Shown one piece after another: positions 10,444 through 19,220 of a stretch of DNA of 64,000 nucleotides. Source of the DNA: an uncultured Actinomycetota bacterium (GTDB lineage: Bacteria; Actinomycetota; Actinomycetes; Streptosporangiales; Streptosporangiaceae); contig CAVSUR010000006.1 of NCBI GenBank assembly GCA_963731285.1, forward strand, positions 14,336-78,335, written 5' to 3'. Numbering within the stretch: position 1 is the stretch's first letter; every line of letters starts with the position of its first letter. Under the pieces are notes generated by a model. That model saw nothing but the letters and a program-made list of their open reading frames with translations, was not told where the DNA came from and made no database searches. The position numbers and the translations under genes were made by a program.

Positions 10444-10552
10444 CACTGCTCATTTTGGGGACAGCCGCTATTCCGGTACCCCCGGGTGATCGCTGGGAGT
10501 TGAGCCGTGCTAGTAGTGGGTCAGCGCCCTGTGTTGGTGCACGGTTGTGTTA

Positions 10553-11929
10553 TCAGCCGACGCCGAACCATCCGAGTATTGTCTGCGCGAGCAACAGCAG
10601 CGACATGATGCTGATGCCCGTGACGGCGATAGTGGCGGCTATGCGGATAGCTGGTCTGTTGGCTGCGGCACCGAGTACTTCGCGGCGGTTGGCCAGGACC
10701 AGGATGTAGATCAGGACCACCGGAGTAACAATGCCTTGGAGCACCTGGGTGCCGATGAGCAGGGTGATCAGGTTGACCGGAGTCATGGCGACCGCAGCGC
10801 CAAGTGCGGTCTGCAGCGTGAACAGCCCTAGGAACAAGGGTGCTTCAGCGAATCGGCGCGATACTGAGCGTTCTACGCCGACTGCTTCGCTGATCGCGTA
10901 ACTACTAGATAGCGGCACGACGGCTCCGGCGAGAGCGCTGGCTCCGAGCAAGCCGACGGCGAACAGCAGCTCGGCGCCGCTGCCGGCGACGGGCCGCAGC
11001 GCTTGCGCTGCTTCCTTGGCGGAGTTGAGCGGACCCCGGCCGCCGATAGTGGCTCCGGTGGCGATGATGATGGTGATGCTGATGATGCAGGCGAACAGCG
11101 CCCCGGTGATCGCGTCGAGGCGGGCACTGCGGTAATTTGCCGGTCCGGCGCCTTTGTCGACGACACCGGCGGCCGCGTAAAACTGCATGTAGGGACTGAC
11201 CGTGGTGCCGATCAGTGCCACGCCGAGCAGCAGGAAGCCCTTTGACAGCAAGAAATGGGGAATCACCAGATTGGTGCCGACCGTGGCCCAGTTGGGATGA
11301 CCCAGGATGGCAGCCGCGGGGTAGGCGAAGAACGCCAGGGACAGGAGCAGGAATATGCGCTCGGCGTACCGGTAGGAGCCGAACAGCACCAGGCTCCAGA
11401 TCAGGACCGCCGCAGGCGGAATCACCCAGTAGCGGCTGACGCCTAGCAGCTCGAATGCCGCTCCGATACCCGCGAATTCGCTGACCACCAGGCCGGTGTT
11501 TGCTAGCAGCACGCAGAACAGCGCCAGCCCGGTGAGCCGGAGGCTGAACTGCTCGCGGATGAGAGCAGCGATGCCTTTGCCGGTGAAGATGCCAAGCCTG
11601 ACGGCCATCTCCTGGACAATGACCAGCGCAATGGTGACCAGCACCATGAAGAACAGTGTCCGGTAGAAGAACTGGGATCCGGCGCTGGAGTAGGTGGCGA
11701 TGCCGGCGGCGTCGTTGCCGGCGTTCGCAGCGATCAGCCCTGGCCCGGCGATGGCAAGGTAGGCCAATGCGCGACGGCCACCCGGCACGCGCCTGATCAG
11801 CCCGGCGGCACGATGCCGCAGCGGTCTGTCCACCGGCGCTGCCTGCCCGGTAGCGGGCAGGGCGTCTACTTGCCCGGCGCCAGCCTGGGAAGCCGCGGAA
11901 CCCGGGGCAAGGTTGTCCGGCCGGGTCAT
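10553..11929 (-). CDS. SLC11/NRAMP-fold divalent cation transporter with a non-canonical (NRMT-like) metal site
   Basis: 458-aa polytopic ORF. The NRAMP-type TM1 reads GPGLIAANAGNDAAGIATYS in place of the DPGN signature. The TM6 region reads GTTVSPYMQFY in place of the Met-Pro-His signature. The start overlaps the upstream stop (ATGA at 11926..11929). Confidence 0.88.
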   Translation of the reverse strand: MTRPDNLAPGSAASQAGAGQVDALPATGQAAPVDRPLRHRAAGLIRRVPGGRRALAYLAIAGPGLIAANAGNDAAGIATYSSAGSQFFYRTLFFMVLVTIALVIVQEMAVRLGIFTGKGIAALIREQFSLRLTGLALFCVLLANTGLVVSEFAGIGAAFELLGVSRYWVIPPAAVLIWSLVLFGSYRYAERIFLLLSLAFFAYPAAAILGHPNWATVGTNLVIPHFLLSKGFLLLGVALIGTTVSPYMQFYAAAGVVDKGAGPANYRSARLDAITGALFACIISITIIIATGATIGGRGPLNSAKEAAQALRPVAGSGAELLFAVGLLGASALAGAVVPLSSSYAISEAVGVERSVSRRFAEAPLFLGLFTLQTALGAAVAMTPVNLITLLIGTQVLQGIVTPVVLIYILVLANRREVLGAAANRPAIRIAATIAVTGISIMSLLLLAQTILGWFGVG

Positions 11930-13287
11930 CGCAAGAGCCTCGGGAAATGCAGCCGCCCGCGTTCGGGAAGCATCGCGTCGAGAACGTCGTCGGCTAGGAT
12001 CCGGCCCAGCGGCGTGCAGTTGTCGTCGACGACGAGCAGCGAAGACCGGCGGGTGCGGACCAGCTGGTCGGCTACGTCGGCGACCGATGCGTCCGGAGAT
12101 ACCGTCAGGGGCTCTGGATGGCCTTCGGCCGCCAGTATTTCGCTGACCACAGTGTCGTTGGGACGGATCACCAGGTCAAACAGCGGCAGGTCAGCAAGCA
12201 GCACGCCATCGGCATCGCTCACCACGACCGCGTCGATCTCCGCCCGGTGCTCCCGCAGCCCGGAAATGGCGCGCTTGACCGTGCCGATAGTGTCATCGAG
12301 CGCCGCGTGCACCAGCATGGTGGTCATGAAGCCGCCTGCGGTGTCTTCCGGATAGGCGAGCAGCGCGGACAGCTCCTCAGCCTTCTCGTCAGGCATGTTC
12401 CGCAGGATGATGTCACGCTCACTGTCAGACAGATCGCGCAGCGCGTCGACGGCTTCATCTGGCTCCATCGCAGCCACCAGCGCCGCCGCCTGTTCCGGTT
12501 CAGCTTCGCGCAGCAGCGCCTCCAGCTCGTCGGGGTCCATTTCTTCCAGCGCGTCCGCGGCGGTGTCATATCCCAGCCGGGACAGCAGGTCTTGGCGGCC
12601 CGGGCGCTCTAGGTCTTCCAGCAGGTCGGCAAGATCGGCTGGCGCCAGTCGGCGCAACTGCTCGTCGCTGGCGCGCAACTGCACGGCGGCCGGTGAGGCG
12701 GTCAGGTCATCCGCAAAGGGAGCCACGGCATCCCAGTCGATGACACGCTCGGGAGTGGGACGGCCGCGGAACCGTTTCGGGCCCAGCCGGCGAAGTAGCG
12801 TGCCGAGGCTGATATCGAGTCCGACGAGCAGGAACTGGTCGGCAACTGGAGCCAGATACAAGTCGGCGGCACGGATGACCTGCCGGCCGTCTAGGTCGAC
12901 GACCTGGTGATCGAGCACATCCTTGGCCAGCAGTACCTCGCCGGGACGGCGGGTGAATTCACGCAGGTCTAGCCGGGCAGTGCGCAGGTACACGGCCTGA
13001 TGGGTGATCTTCTCCACACTTTCGATGGGCAGGAAGCTGTTACGGGATCCCACGTGCAGCAAAAGGCCGGTAAGCGGCGGATAGGGCTCTTCTCCGTGCA
13101 TCCGGGCCACCAGGTCAACGAGCCTGCCCACTCGTTGCCCGGCCTGGTTGAACACCGCGCCGCCGACCAGGCTGACGACGCTCACAATGGCCTGTCGGAC
13201 CGCGCGCCGTGTGGTCAGGCGCTCATTGCGGCGCCGCAGGGCATCAGCCGCCGGCGCAATCAGGCGGCGTCGTGATGGTGACGTCAT
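11926..13287 (-). CDS. Soluble PRC-barrel-like + MgtE N-terminal domain + CBS-pair protein (MgtE cytoplasmic module without the pore)
   Basis: MgtE_N-like acidic helices (LADLLEDLERPGRQDLLSRL...ALEEMDPDELEALLREAEPEQAAALVAAMEPDEAVDALRDL), then a CBS pair (MTTMLVHAALDDTIGTV...LLVVDDNCTPLGRILADDVLDAML). No hydrophobic helices. I prefer the ATG at 13287, which has GGGAG upstream; the ORF is open to 13320. Confidence 0.85.
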   Translation of the reverse strand: MTSPSRRRLIAPAADALRRRNERLTTRRAVRQAIVSVVSLVGGAVFNQAGQRVGRLVDLVARMHGEEPYPPLTGLLLHVGSRNSFLPIESVEKITHQAVYLRTARLDLREFTRRPGEVLLAKDVLDHQVVDLDGRQVIRAADLYLAPVADQFLLVGLDISLGTLLRRLGPKRFRGRPTPERVIDWDAVAPFADDLTASPAAVQLRASDEQLRRLAPADLADLLEDLERPGRQDLLSRLGYDTAADALEEMDPDELEALLREAEPEQAAALVAAMEPDEAVDALRDLSDSERDIILRNMPDEKAEELSALLAYPEDTAGGFMTTMLVHAALDDTIGTVKRAISGLREHRAEIDAVVVSDADGVLLADLPLFDLVIRPNDTVVSEILAAEGHPEPLTVSPDASVADVADQLVRTRRSSLLVVDDNCTPLGRILADDVLDAMLPERGRLHFPRLLR

Positions 13288-13545
13288 CGCGGGCTCCCAC
13301 AGCGCGAGACACCCGCGCACCGATCACTAGATGATCGCGAGCAGGTCGGCGGGTGCCAGATCGAGCGAGACAGGTACAGGCGCAAGCAACGCCGGGAGAT
13401 CGGTATCAGGAGGTTCACTCGACACGAGCACCACCTCCTGCCCGCCTTTTCCGCTTCACGATCGCTAGGTCCTCCGGGATTGTACGACACCTGGTGTAAG
13501 CCGTTACCAGGCCCTACACGCCACCAGCGCATTAGCCGCCTCGCC

Positions 13546-13559
13546 GGGGGGGGGGGGGG
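13546..13559. repeat. Homopolymeric G14 tract (C14 on the minus strand) in a divergent intergenic region
   Basis: Counted directly: tcgcc + 14 g + c at 13541..13560. Confidence 0.95.
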
Positions 13560-13744
13560 CGATCGCCGGCGAATGGTCTGCAGGTAGAGGCGTAAACGGG
13601 ATATCGCCCGAGGCCCATACATCAAGGTAAAGCTCGCCGTCACCCAGCCTGGCCCCTCCTTTCCAGGGTTTGGCAGGACGCCCGCGCCATAACGGCCTAA
13701 CTTGGAGAGACTGCCTGGTCAAGAGCGGCTCTTCGGGAGGACTC

Positions 13745-14122
13745 GTGAGTGCAGATACGTCGCCGGGCCCGTCGGCGCCGAACGGCCTGATATCCGGCCG
13801 GTTCCCGCTAAGCAACCGCCGGGCGCAGCCTCAGGCGGCTATCGCGGCCAGCGCAAGGAAAGCCGCGGTGAGGTCGTGCTGGCTGTGCGGCATCGGCCTG
13901 GCTGCTGATCGGATGGTGGCCGACGGGGGGCGCTGGTGCGCTGACGTCCGCTGGTACTGCCAGGACGTGCTGGCGTGCACGGCGCGCTGGACGGCCCCGC
14001 GGCCGGGCTTCCCTGGTGGCGGCGGCGCGCAGGCAGGCAGGACGCCGCCCGCGGGCGCCCGGGCGCTCGCCGGAAAGGACCTGCGTGGTGCCGGGGTGGC
14101 TAGCGGCCCGGTACCGGGGTAA
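13745..14122 (+). CDS. Hypothetical Cys-rich (possibly zinc-binding) small protein upstream of a kinase
   Basis: The GTG at 13745 is preceded by GGGAGGA. The motif is CWLCG...RWCADVRWYCQDVLACTARW. The C-terminal third is low-complexity. Confidence 0.4.
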   Translation: MSADTSPGPSAPNGLISGRFPLSNRRAQPQAAIAASARKAAVRSCWLCGIGLAADRMVADGGRWCADVRWYCQDVLACTARWTAPRPGFPGGGGAQAGRTPPAGARALAGKDLRGAGVASGPVPG

Positions 14123-14127
14123 CCGGC

Positions 14128-15666
14128 GTGCCCGTTACCGCTGGGGTCATGCTCGGCCGTCGCTATCAGCTTGATGAGCGGATCGGCACCGGGGGTTACG
14201 GCGAGGTATGGCGCGCGACCGACACTGTCCTGAGCCTGCCGGTGGCGGTCAAGGTTCTGCTTTCCGCCCATGCCCAGCACGCCGAGTCGCTGGCCCGGTT
14301 CCGGGCCGAGGCGCATCACGCCGGGCGGCTGGCGCATGAGAACATCGCCCGCGTCTACGACTACGGCGAGCCCGGCGCCGAAGACCCGCCGTATCTGGTG
14401 ATGGAGCTGGTGGACGGACCGTCGCTCGCCCAGGAGCTGGCCGGGGGTGCCCTCGATGCGGCCCGGTGCCTGGACATCGTCGCGCAGGCTGCAGCGGGTC
14501 TGCAGGCCGCCCATGCGGCGGGGCTGGTTCACCGCGACATCAAGCCGGCCAATCTGCTGCTCGGCCCCGGCGGCGTGGTGAAGATCACCGACTTCGGGAT
14601 CTCCCATGCCATCGGCTCGGCGCCGGTCACCACGACCGGGATGCTGATCGGCACGCCGGGGTACCTCGCCCCCGAGCGGGCAGCCGGAGCCGGTGCCACC
14701 CCGGCCAGCGACCTGTACGCGCTCGGCGTGGTCGGCTATGAATGCCTGGCCGGCTCGGCGCCGTTCACCGGGGCCGCGCTGGAGGTGGCGCTGGCGCACC
14801 GGGACCGTCCGCTGCCCCCGCTGCCCGCCTCCGTGCCCGCCGGGGCGGCGGCACTGATCATGCAGCTCACCGCCAAGGACCTGGCGCAGCGGCCGCCCAG
14901 CGCCGGCGAGGCCGCCCGCCAGGCCCGCCAGGCCCGGCAGCTCGCTGAGCGCATAGACGCCGGTCCGGGCACGGTCAGCCGACCGGACTCCCCGGCGCAG
15001 GCTCAGCCCGGTTGCGCCGATGACCAGCCAACCCAGGACATAGCGCTGGCGCCTGCGCCGCGGCGGCAGGGGATCAGCGGGAGCGGCCGGCGGCCCGGCC
15101 ACCGCGCCCTGCTCGCTGGCGCCGCCGCCGTGGCAGCGGTGACCGCCCTGGTGCTGGCCAACATGAACGGCCCCGTGAGCGCGCGCCATCCGGCCCCGGT
15201 TCCCTCGGCCGCTGCACACGGGCCGAAATCCGCAGCCGTCCTGACCGTCGACATCAACGCCGGCGACTGGTCGGGCAGCCCGTCCCGGTCGCGGTCAGCT
15301 GGCTCCGCCGGCACCGCCTGCGCGCCCGCGTGCGCTGGCAGGCCAGCCGTCAGCAGCTCCCCGGCCGGGTCCTGTCGGTCAGCCCCGCCGGCCAGCACCG
15401 GGCCGGCAGCCTCATCACCGTCACCGGGGCGCTGCAGCCTCCCGCCCGCCACCCCAGGCCCGGCCCGGCCCGCGAGCCACCGCGCCCGCGCCACCTGGGG
15501 AAGGACCACAAGCCCAGGCCCCCGCACGGCCGCAAGCCCGGCTCCGGTCACCGCCCCAAACCCAAACACCCGCACAAGCCCAAGCCCGGTCATCCGCACG
15601 GGACCAAACCGGCCCCTGGTCCCGGCCCCGGGAACCTTGCCTGAACTGAGCCTCCGGCTCTGCTGA
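14128..15666 (+). CDS. Membrane Ser/Thr protein kinase, with a probable 1-nt frameshift near 15267 in the extracytoplasmic part
   Basis: Motifs GTGGYGEVWRA, VAVKVL, HRDIKPANLLL, DFGISHA, GTPGYLAPE and TM ALLAGAAAVAAVTALVLANM. After ...TVDINAGD, frame 0 (ORF 15330..15644 and upstream) gives a far more protein-like LVGQPV...VLSVSPAGQHRAGSLITVTG than the Ser/Pro/Ala read-through of the listed frame. Confidence 0.85.
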   Translation: MPVTAGVMLGRRYQLDERIGTGGYGEVWRATDTVLSLPVAVKVLLSAHAQHAESLARFRAEAHHAGRLAHENIARVYDYGEPGAEDPPYLVMELVDGPSLAQELAGGALDAARCLDIVAQAAAGLQAAHAAGLVHRDIKPANLLLGPGGVVKITDFGISHAIGSAPVTTTGMLIGTPGYLAPERAAGAGATPASDLYALGVVGYECLAGSAPFTGAALEVALAHRDRPLPPLPASVPAGAAALIMQLTAKDLAQRPPSAGEAARQARQARQLAERIDAGPGTVSRPDSPAQAQPGCADDQPTQDIALAPAPRRQGISGSGRRPGHRALLAGAAAVAAVTALVLANMNGPVSARHPAPVPSAAAHGPKSAAVLTVDINAGDWSGSPSRSRSAGSAGTACAPACAGRPAVSSSPAGSCRSAPPASTGPAASSPSPGRCSLPPATPGPARPASHRARATWGRTTSPGPRTAASPAPVTAPNPNTRTSPSPVIRTGPNRPLVPAPGTLPELSLRLC

Positions 15667-15795
15667 ACGGGCGCCCAGGCTGCGCAGCCGCCGCCCCGGC
15701 GGGACCCTGGCCTTCGGCCAGTCGCATGGTGCAACGGCCCAGCGGGGCCAGGCCGATAACCCGGGGTCAGTGCCTATGTCCCGGGCGGCCGGGTC

Positions 15796-16008
15796 GTGTT
15801 CACCGGGGACATGAGCGTCCCCAGGGCGGAGATCGAGGCGCTCGCCACCGCCGCCGGGCGGCACGTGACCACCTCGGTCAGCGCCCGGACCGCGCTGGTG
15901 GTCGCCGCCGACCCCTGGCCTCAGTCCGGCAAGGCCCGCCGCTGCCGCGACCTCGGCGTGCGCATGGTCACTGGCGGTGAACCGCCGGAGAGCTTGCGCT
16001 GCTGGTGA
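15796..16008 (+). pseudogene. Isolated BRCT-like domain fragment
   Basis: VFTGDMSVPRAEIEALATAAGRHVTTSVSARTALVVAADPWPQSGKARRCRDLGVRMV resembles the C-terminal BRCT module of DnaQ-like or ligase-type proteins. No catalytic part lies upstream. Confidence 0.35.
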
Positions 16009-16156
16009 TGGCGGCCGGCGGCGTCCTGCCGCGGTGACGCTTCATCCGGGCCGCTGGCTGCCGCGTCTGAAAAGGGCCGCACCATGTGAGCCGCGATCAC
16101 AGCTGGCCGCCGACACATCCCCCCGCGCCCAGTATCCCGTTCCCATCGGAGGAGCA

Positions 16157-16369
16157 GTGAGCGAGCCAGGGCCACGTGTCGTGAGGCTGGCGGAGATCCG
16201 CCCGCTGGACACAGCGCGCATGCAGGACGGCGCTCGTGCGGCGCTCGGTGACCTGCTGAAGGACCTCGCCCACTGCCAGGCCGATACCGAGCTGGCCTGC
16301 CAGCTGATCGAGACGATCTTCGGTGCGGTCGCGCGCGGCCTGACCGGGCAGGTCGCCGACCCGAACTGA
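16157..16369 (+). CDS. Hypothetical small protein (70 aa)
   Basis: The GTG at 16157 lies directly after GGAGGAG. Helical-looking sequence with no recognised motif. Confidence 0.35.
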   Translation: MSEPGPRVVRLAEIRPLDTARMQDGARAALGDLLKDLAHCQADTELACQLIETIFGAVARGLTGQVADPN

Positions 16370-16689
16370 CCTGCCGCTGCTGACCCGGCTGAGATCGCCG
16401 CGGCGGTGGAGAAAGGGCAGGTATCGGCTACGGCATCCGGCCGCGGCGGCGGACCGTGCGGCGCAAGAACGCCCAGATGTCGGCGCCGGGCGGACCGCGG
16501 GACATGACCGCTGCCATGAGGCGGCACGGCGAACGCGAGGCGGGGCCGACCGAGCCTGCCGGCGGCTTTCCGGTCACGGTTGGGCGGGACCCGGCGCCGC
16601 GGAACGTACGGCCGAGGGGGTTGCAGAGGGGTTGTGTGGCATGGCCCGGCTTGGACGGGCTGTCAGCCTGCTGAGCATGCCCGACATCC

Positions 16690-17205
16690 TTAGTGCTTAA
16701 GCGTCACCGGGCCGCGTGCCCTGATGATCTGCTGGAAGGCCGTCGCCCTCTGGGTGCAGTTGCCCTTGGAGTTGCGGGCAGCGACGAACACGATGCTCAG
16801 CTGGTACCGGCCGTGACCGCTGATACCGGCGTACCTGCCGGTGCCGCGCCCCAGCCTGTAGGTGCCGTGCTGGCTGATCTGGCCCAGGCAGGTGCGGGGG
16901 TTAAAGCGCTGCGGGCCGTGCCCCGGTGAATGCGCGATCTGGAACGTCCCGCCGGGGAACACCACCTGGTCGATCTTGTTGCCCTGGTGGTCGACGCCGC
17001 CCGCGGTGAATACGCTGCCGAGCGCGATGATGCTTTCCGTGCTGGAAGTTTCCGACGTGGTCATGAGCTGGAAGCGCTGGATTCCCGACATGGCCGGCCG
17101 GGCGGCCGGGCTGGCGCTGGCCGCTGTCAGGCCCGTGACGGTTATCGCCCCCGTCGCCGCGATCACGCTCACGACCGCGAGAACCTTGTTCCTCAGATTC
17201 GGCAT
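16690..17205 (-). CDS. Secreted protein of unknown function
   Basis: 171-aa ORF with a clear signal peptide (KVLAVVSVIAATGAITVTGLTAASASPA) and a non-repetitive mature part. Confidence 0.75.
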   Translation of the reverse strand: MPNLRNKVLAVVSVIAATGAITVTGLTAASASPAARPAMSGIQRFQLMTTSETSSTESIIALGSVFTAGGVDHQGNKIDQVVFPGGTFQIAHSPGHGPQRFNPRTCLGQISQHGTYRLGRGTGRYAGISGHGRYQLSIVFVAARNSKGNCTQRATAFQQIIRARGPVTLKH

Positions 17206-17487
17206 GACTCATACCCTCCCCCTGGACCGGCGCACGCCGGAGCGTCGGCCCCCGGATGATTGGGCGCTGTCCAGCCCTATGAGGTGCGCCCTCCGGCGTG
17301 CAGCCACCGTGTCGCCTACGGCCAGCGCTGTCAAGGCCGCCAGCACCACAGCCGCCGGAGACGATCCGGACACCGACCATGAGCATGGGCCGGCGCGCTA
17401 GCACGGTGCCCCGGTGGCCTGGGAATGAGCGAGGGGCCGGGGACACCGTGCGATCCTGCTGCGGGCCCACCGGAGAGATGCGCACAG

Positions 17488-17790
17488 CTACCAGGGCACG
17501 TGCCGGTTGATCCACATCAGTGCCGGGCCGATGACAGGCCGCTCATGCCATCCGCGTGCCATAATCTCGCCGCGAATCGAGTCGGCCGTGCCCCGGAGTC
17601 GCTTGCGCATCACCGACGCCTGATAGTCCCTGGCCCGACGGCCGAGGAACCGGACGCATTTGACGCACAGACCGACCTCAGGGTGATTGCCTAGCCGGAC
17701 CAGGGCTTCCTCAGGGGCAGTCTGGCCGCAGCACCAGCACCGGCTTTCGCCGGTCTCACTGACTGCTGTCTCAGTCTGGGTGCTCATCAC
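17488..17790 (-). CDS. Small four-Cys (zinc-ribbon-like) protein
   Basis: CWCCG...(18 aa)...CVKCV arrangement in a 100-aa ORF with normal composition. Confidence 0.5.
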   Translation of the reverse strand: MMSTQTETAVSETGESRCWCCGQTAPEEALVRLGNHPEVGLCVKCVRFLGRRARDYQASVMRKRLRGTADSIRGEIMARGWHERPVIGPALMWINRHVPW

Positions 17791-17898
17791 TAGTCCCGTC
17801 TGCTAGAGAAAGATCGAAATAAGGCGAACAAGTCGCCAGGCAGGGTTTACTGGCAGCTTCACATTCCGGCAGAAGCCCTGGGCCTCCAGTTCAATGAT

Positions 17899-18516
17899 TC
17901 ATGTCAGTTGTACACCCAGGAAGACAGTGGCAGACAGCCATGCCCTATCCGCTTGACGCTTTTGCGCGGCGGCTTCGTTTGACGCTTTTATGCGCTGAGC
18001 CTGGCTGATGGTGACGCTTCTGCCGGGCTCGTATGCCGCTCGCGTGATGATGGGCGCTGCGATGGCGGAGGGAAGCAGCCAGAACGCCGATGCCGGCAGG
18101 CGGTCCCACAGCGGCAGGCGGGGACCGTTGTCGACGTAGAACGCGGCGAGCATGGCGACGTAGGAGGTGCCCCCGGTTATGTGGCCGGTGTCTCCGGGGC
18201 GGTGTCGGCGGCGGTGCTGGGAGCCGATGGTCGCGGCGGTGAACGCTACCGTGCCGATGATGAGCAGGTAGTAATCGTGCCGCCAGCGCATTGCGGCCAG
18301 GATCGCGGCGGTGGCGAAGACTGCGGTGATGGCCCGGTGTACCAGCGGGCCGCCCGGCTGTGGCGCGGGCTGCCCTTGCGCGACAGCGCGGCGGCCGCTC
18401 CGGTGGCCACTGCGGTGAGCCCCGCGATCACGTGGATGGCCAGGAATGCCAGGAATACGGGCGCGGTTGCCGGACCCCCACGGTTGGCGCGAAGGCGAGC
18501 ACACGCGGGCGGGCAT
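17899..18516 (-). CDS. Polytopic membrane protein downstream of the two-component pair; the N-terminus is possibly frameshifted
   Basis: Helices AITAVFATAAILAAM, YYLLIIGTVAFTAATIG, SYVAMLAAFYV and FWLLPSAIAAPIIT. A further helix (VFLAFLAIHVIAGLTAVATGAAAAL) is encoded in another minus frame at about 18340..18450. Confidence 0.45.
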   Translation of the reverse strand: MPARVCSPSRQPWGSGNRARIPGIPGHPRDRGAHRSGHRSGRRAVAQGQPAPQPGGPLVHRAITAVFATAAILAAMRWRHDYYLLIIGTVAFTAATIGSQHRRRHRPGDTGHITGGTSYVAMLAAFYVDNGPRLPLWDRLPASAFWLLPSAIAAPIITRAAYEPGRSVTISQAQRIKASNEAAAQKRQADRAWLSATVFLGVQLT

Positions 18517-18545
18517 TGTGAGATTGGTATCGGCAGTGTCGCTGG

Positions 18546-19202
18546 TCAGGATTTTAGGTAGCGGAGGACGGCGAGGACCCGGCGGTGGCTGGCGTCTGAG
18601 GGCGGGAGGCCGAGTTTGCTGAAGATGTTCCCGACGTGTTTCTCGACGGCTCGTTCGGAGATCACGAGGATCCCGGCGATCGCGTTGTTGGAGCGGCCTT
18701 CGGCCATCAGGGCCAGCACGTCGCGCTCTCTGGCGGTGAGGGAGCCGAGCCCGTCGGTGCGGCGGCTGGCGCCGAGCAGCTGGGTGACGACCTCCGGGTC
18801 CAGGGCGGTGCCGCCGGCCGCTACCCGGCTCAGCGCTTCGATGAACTCGCCGACGTCGGCGACCCGGTCCTTGAGCAGGTACCCGACCCCTGCGGCGCCG
18901 CCGCCGGACGCCGCGCCGAGCAGGTCGGCGGCGTACCGGGTCTCGATGTACTGGGAGAACACCAGCACCCCGGTCCTGGGGTGGGCGCGGCGGATGGCGA
19001 TCGCGGCGCGCAGGCCCTCGTCGGTGTAGCCGGGCGGCATCCGCACGTCCACCACGGCCGCGTCTGGCTGGTGCTGGTCCACCGCAGCCCGCAGGTCCTC
19101 GGCGTTGCCGACGGCGGCGGCCACCTGGTGGCCGCGGTCGGCCAGGATCTCGGCCAGGCCCGCCCGGACTACTGCCGAGTCCTCGGCGATCACAATCCGC
19201 AT
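18546..19202 (-). CDS. NarL/FixJ (LuxR-type) response regulator
   Basis: Receiver MRIVIAEDSAVVRAGL...DAAVVDVRMP plus C-terminal LTARERDVLALMAEGRSNNAIAGILVISERAVEKHVGNIFSKLG. Confidence 0.93.
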   Translation of the reverse strand: MRIVIAEDSAVVRAGLAEILADRGHQVAAAVGNAEDLRAAVDQHQPDAAVVDVRMPPGYTDEGLRAAIAIRRAHPRTGVLVFSQYIETRYAADLLGAASGGGAAGVGYLLKDRVADVGEFIEALSRVAAGGTALDPEVVTQLLGASRRTDGLGSLTARERDVLALMAEGRSNNAIAGILVISERAVEKHVGNIFSKLGLPPSDASHRRVLAVLRYLKS

Positions 19203-19220
19203 CGGGGGCTCCTTTCGGGG

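Noticed and set aside
13288-13744. M-box or yybP-ykoY riboswitch in the leader of the MgtE_N/Nramp operon
   Set aside because: I looked on the minus strand for the conserved M-box strings (GGTGAGGC, CTGCCC, GGGTCAACAG, AAAGCTC.ACGA) and found none. Only generic hairpins are present. An Infernal scan is needed before any call.
13831-15219. 462-aa minus-strand ORF opposite the Ser/Thr kinase
   Set aside because: It is Arg/Gly/Pro-rich with no motifs and is fully antisense to a gene with complete kinase signatures. This is a typical shadow ORF of very GC-rich DNA.
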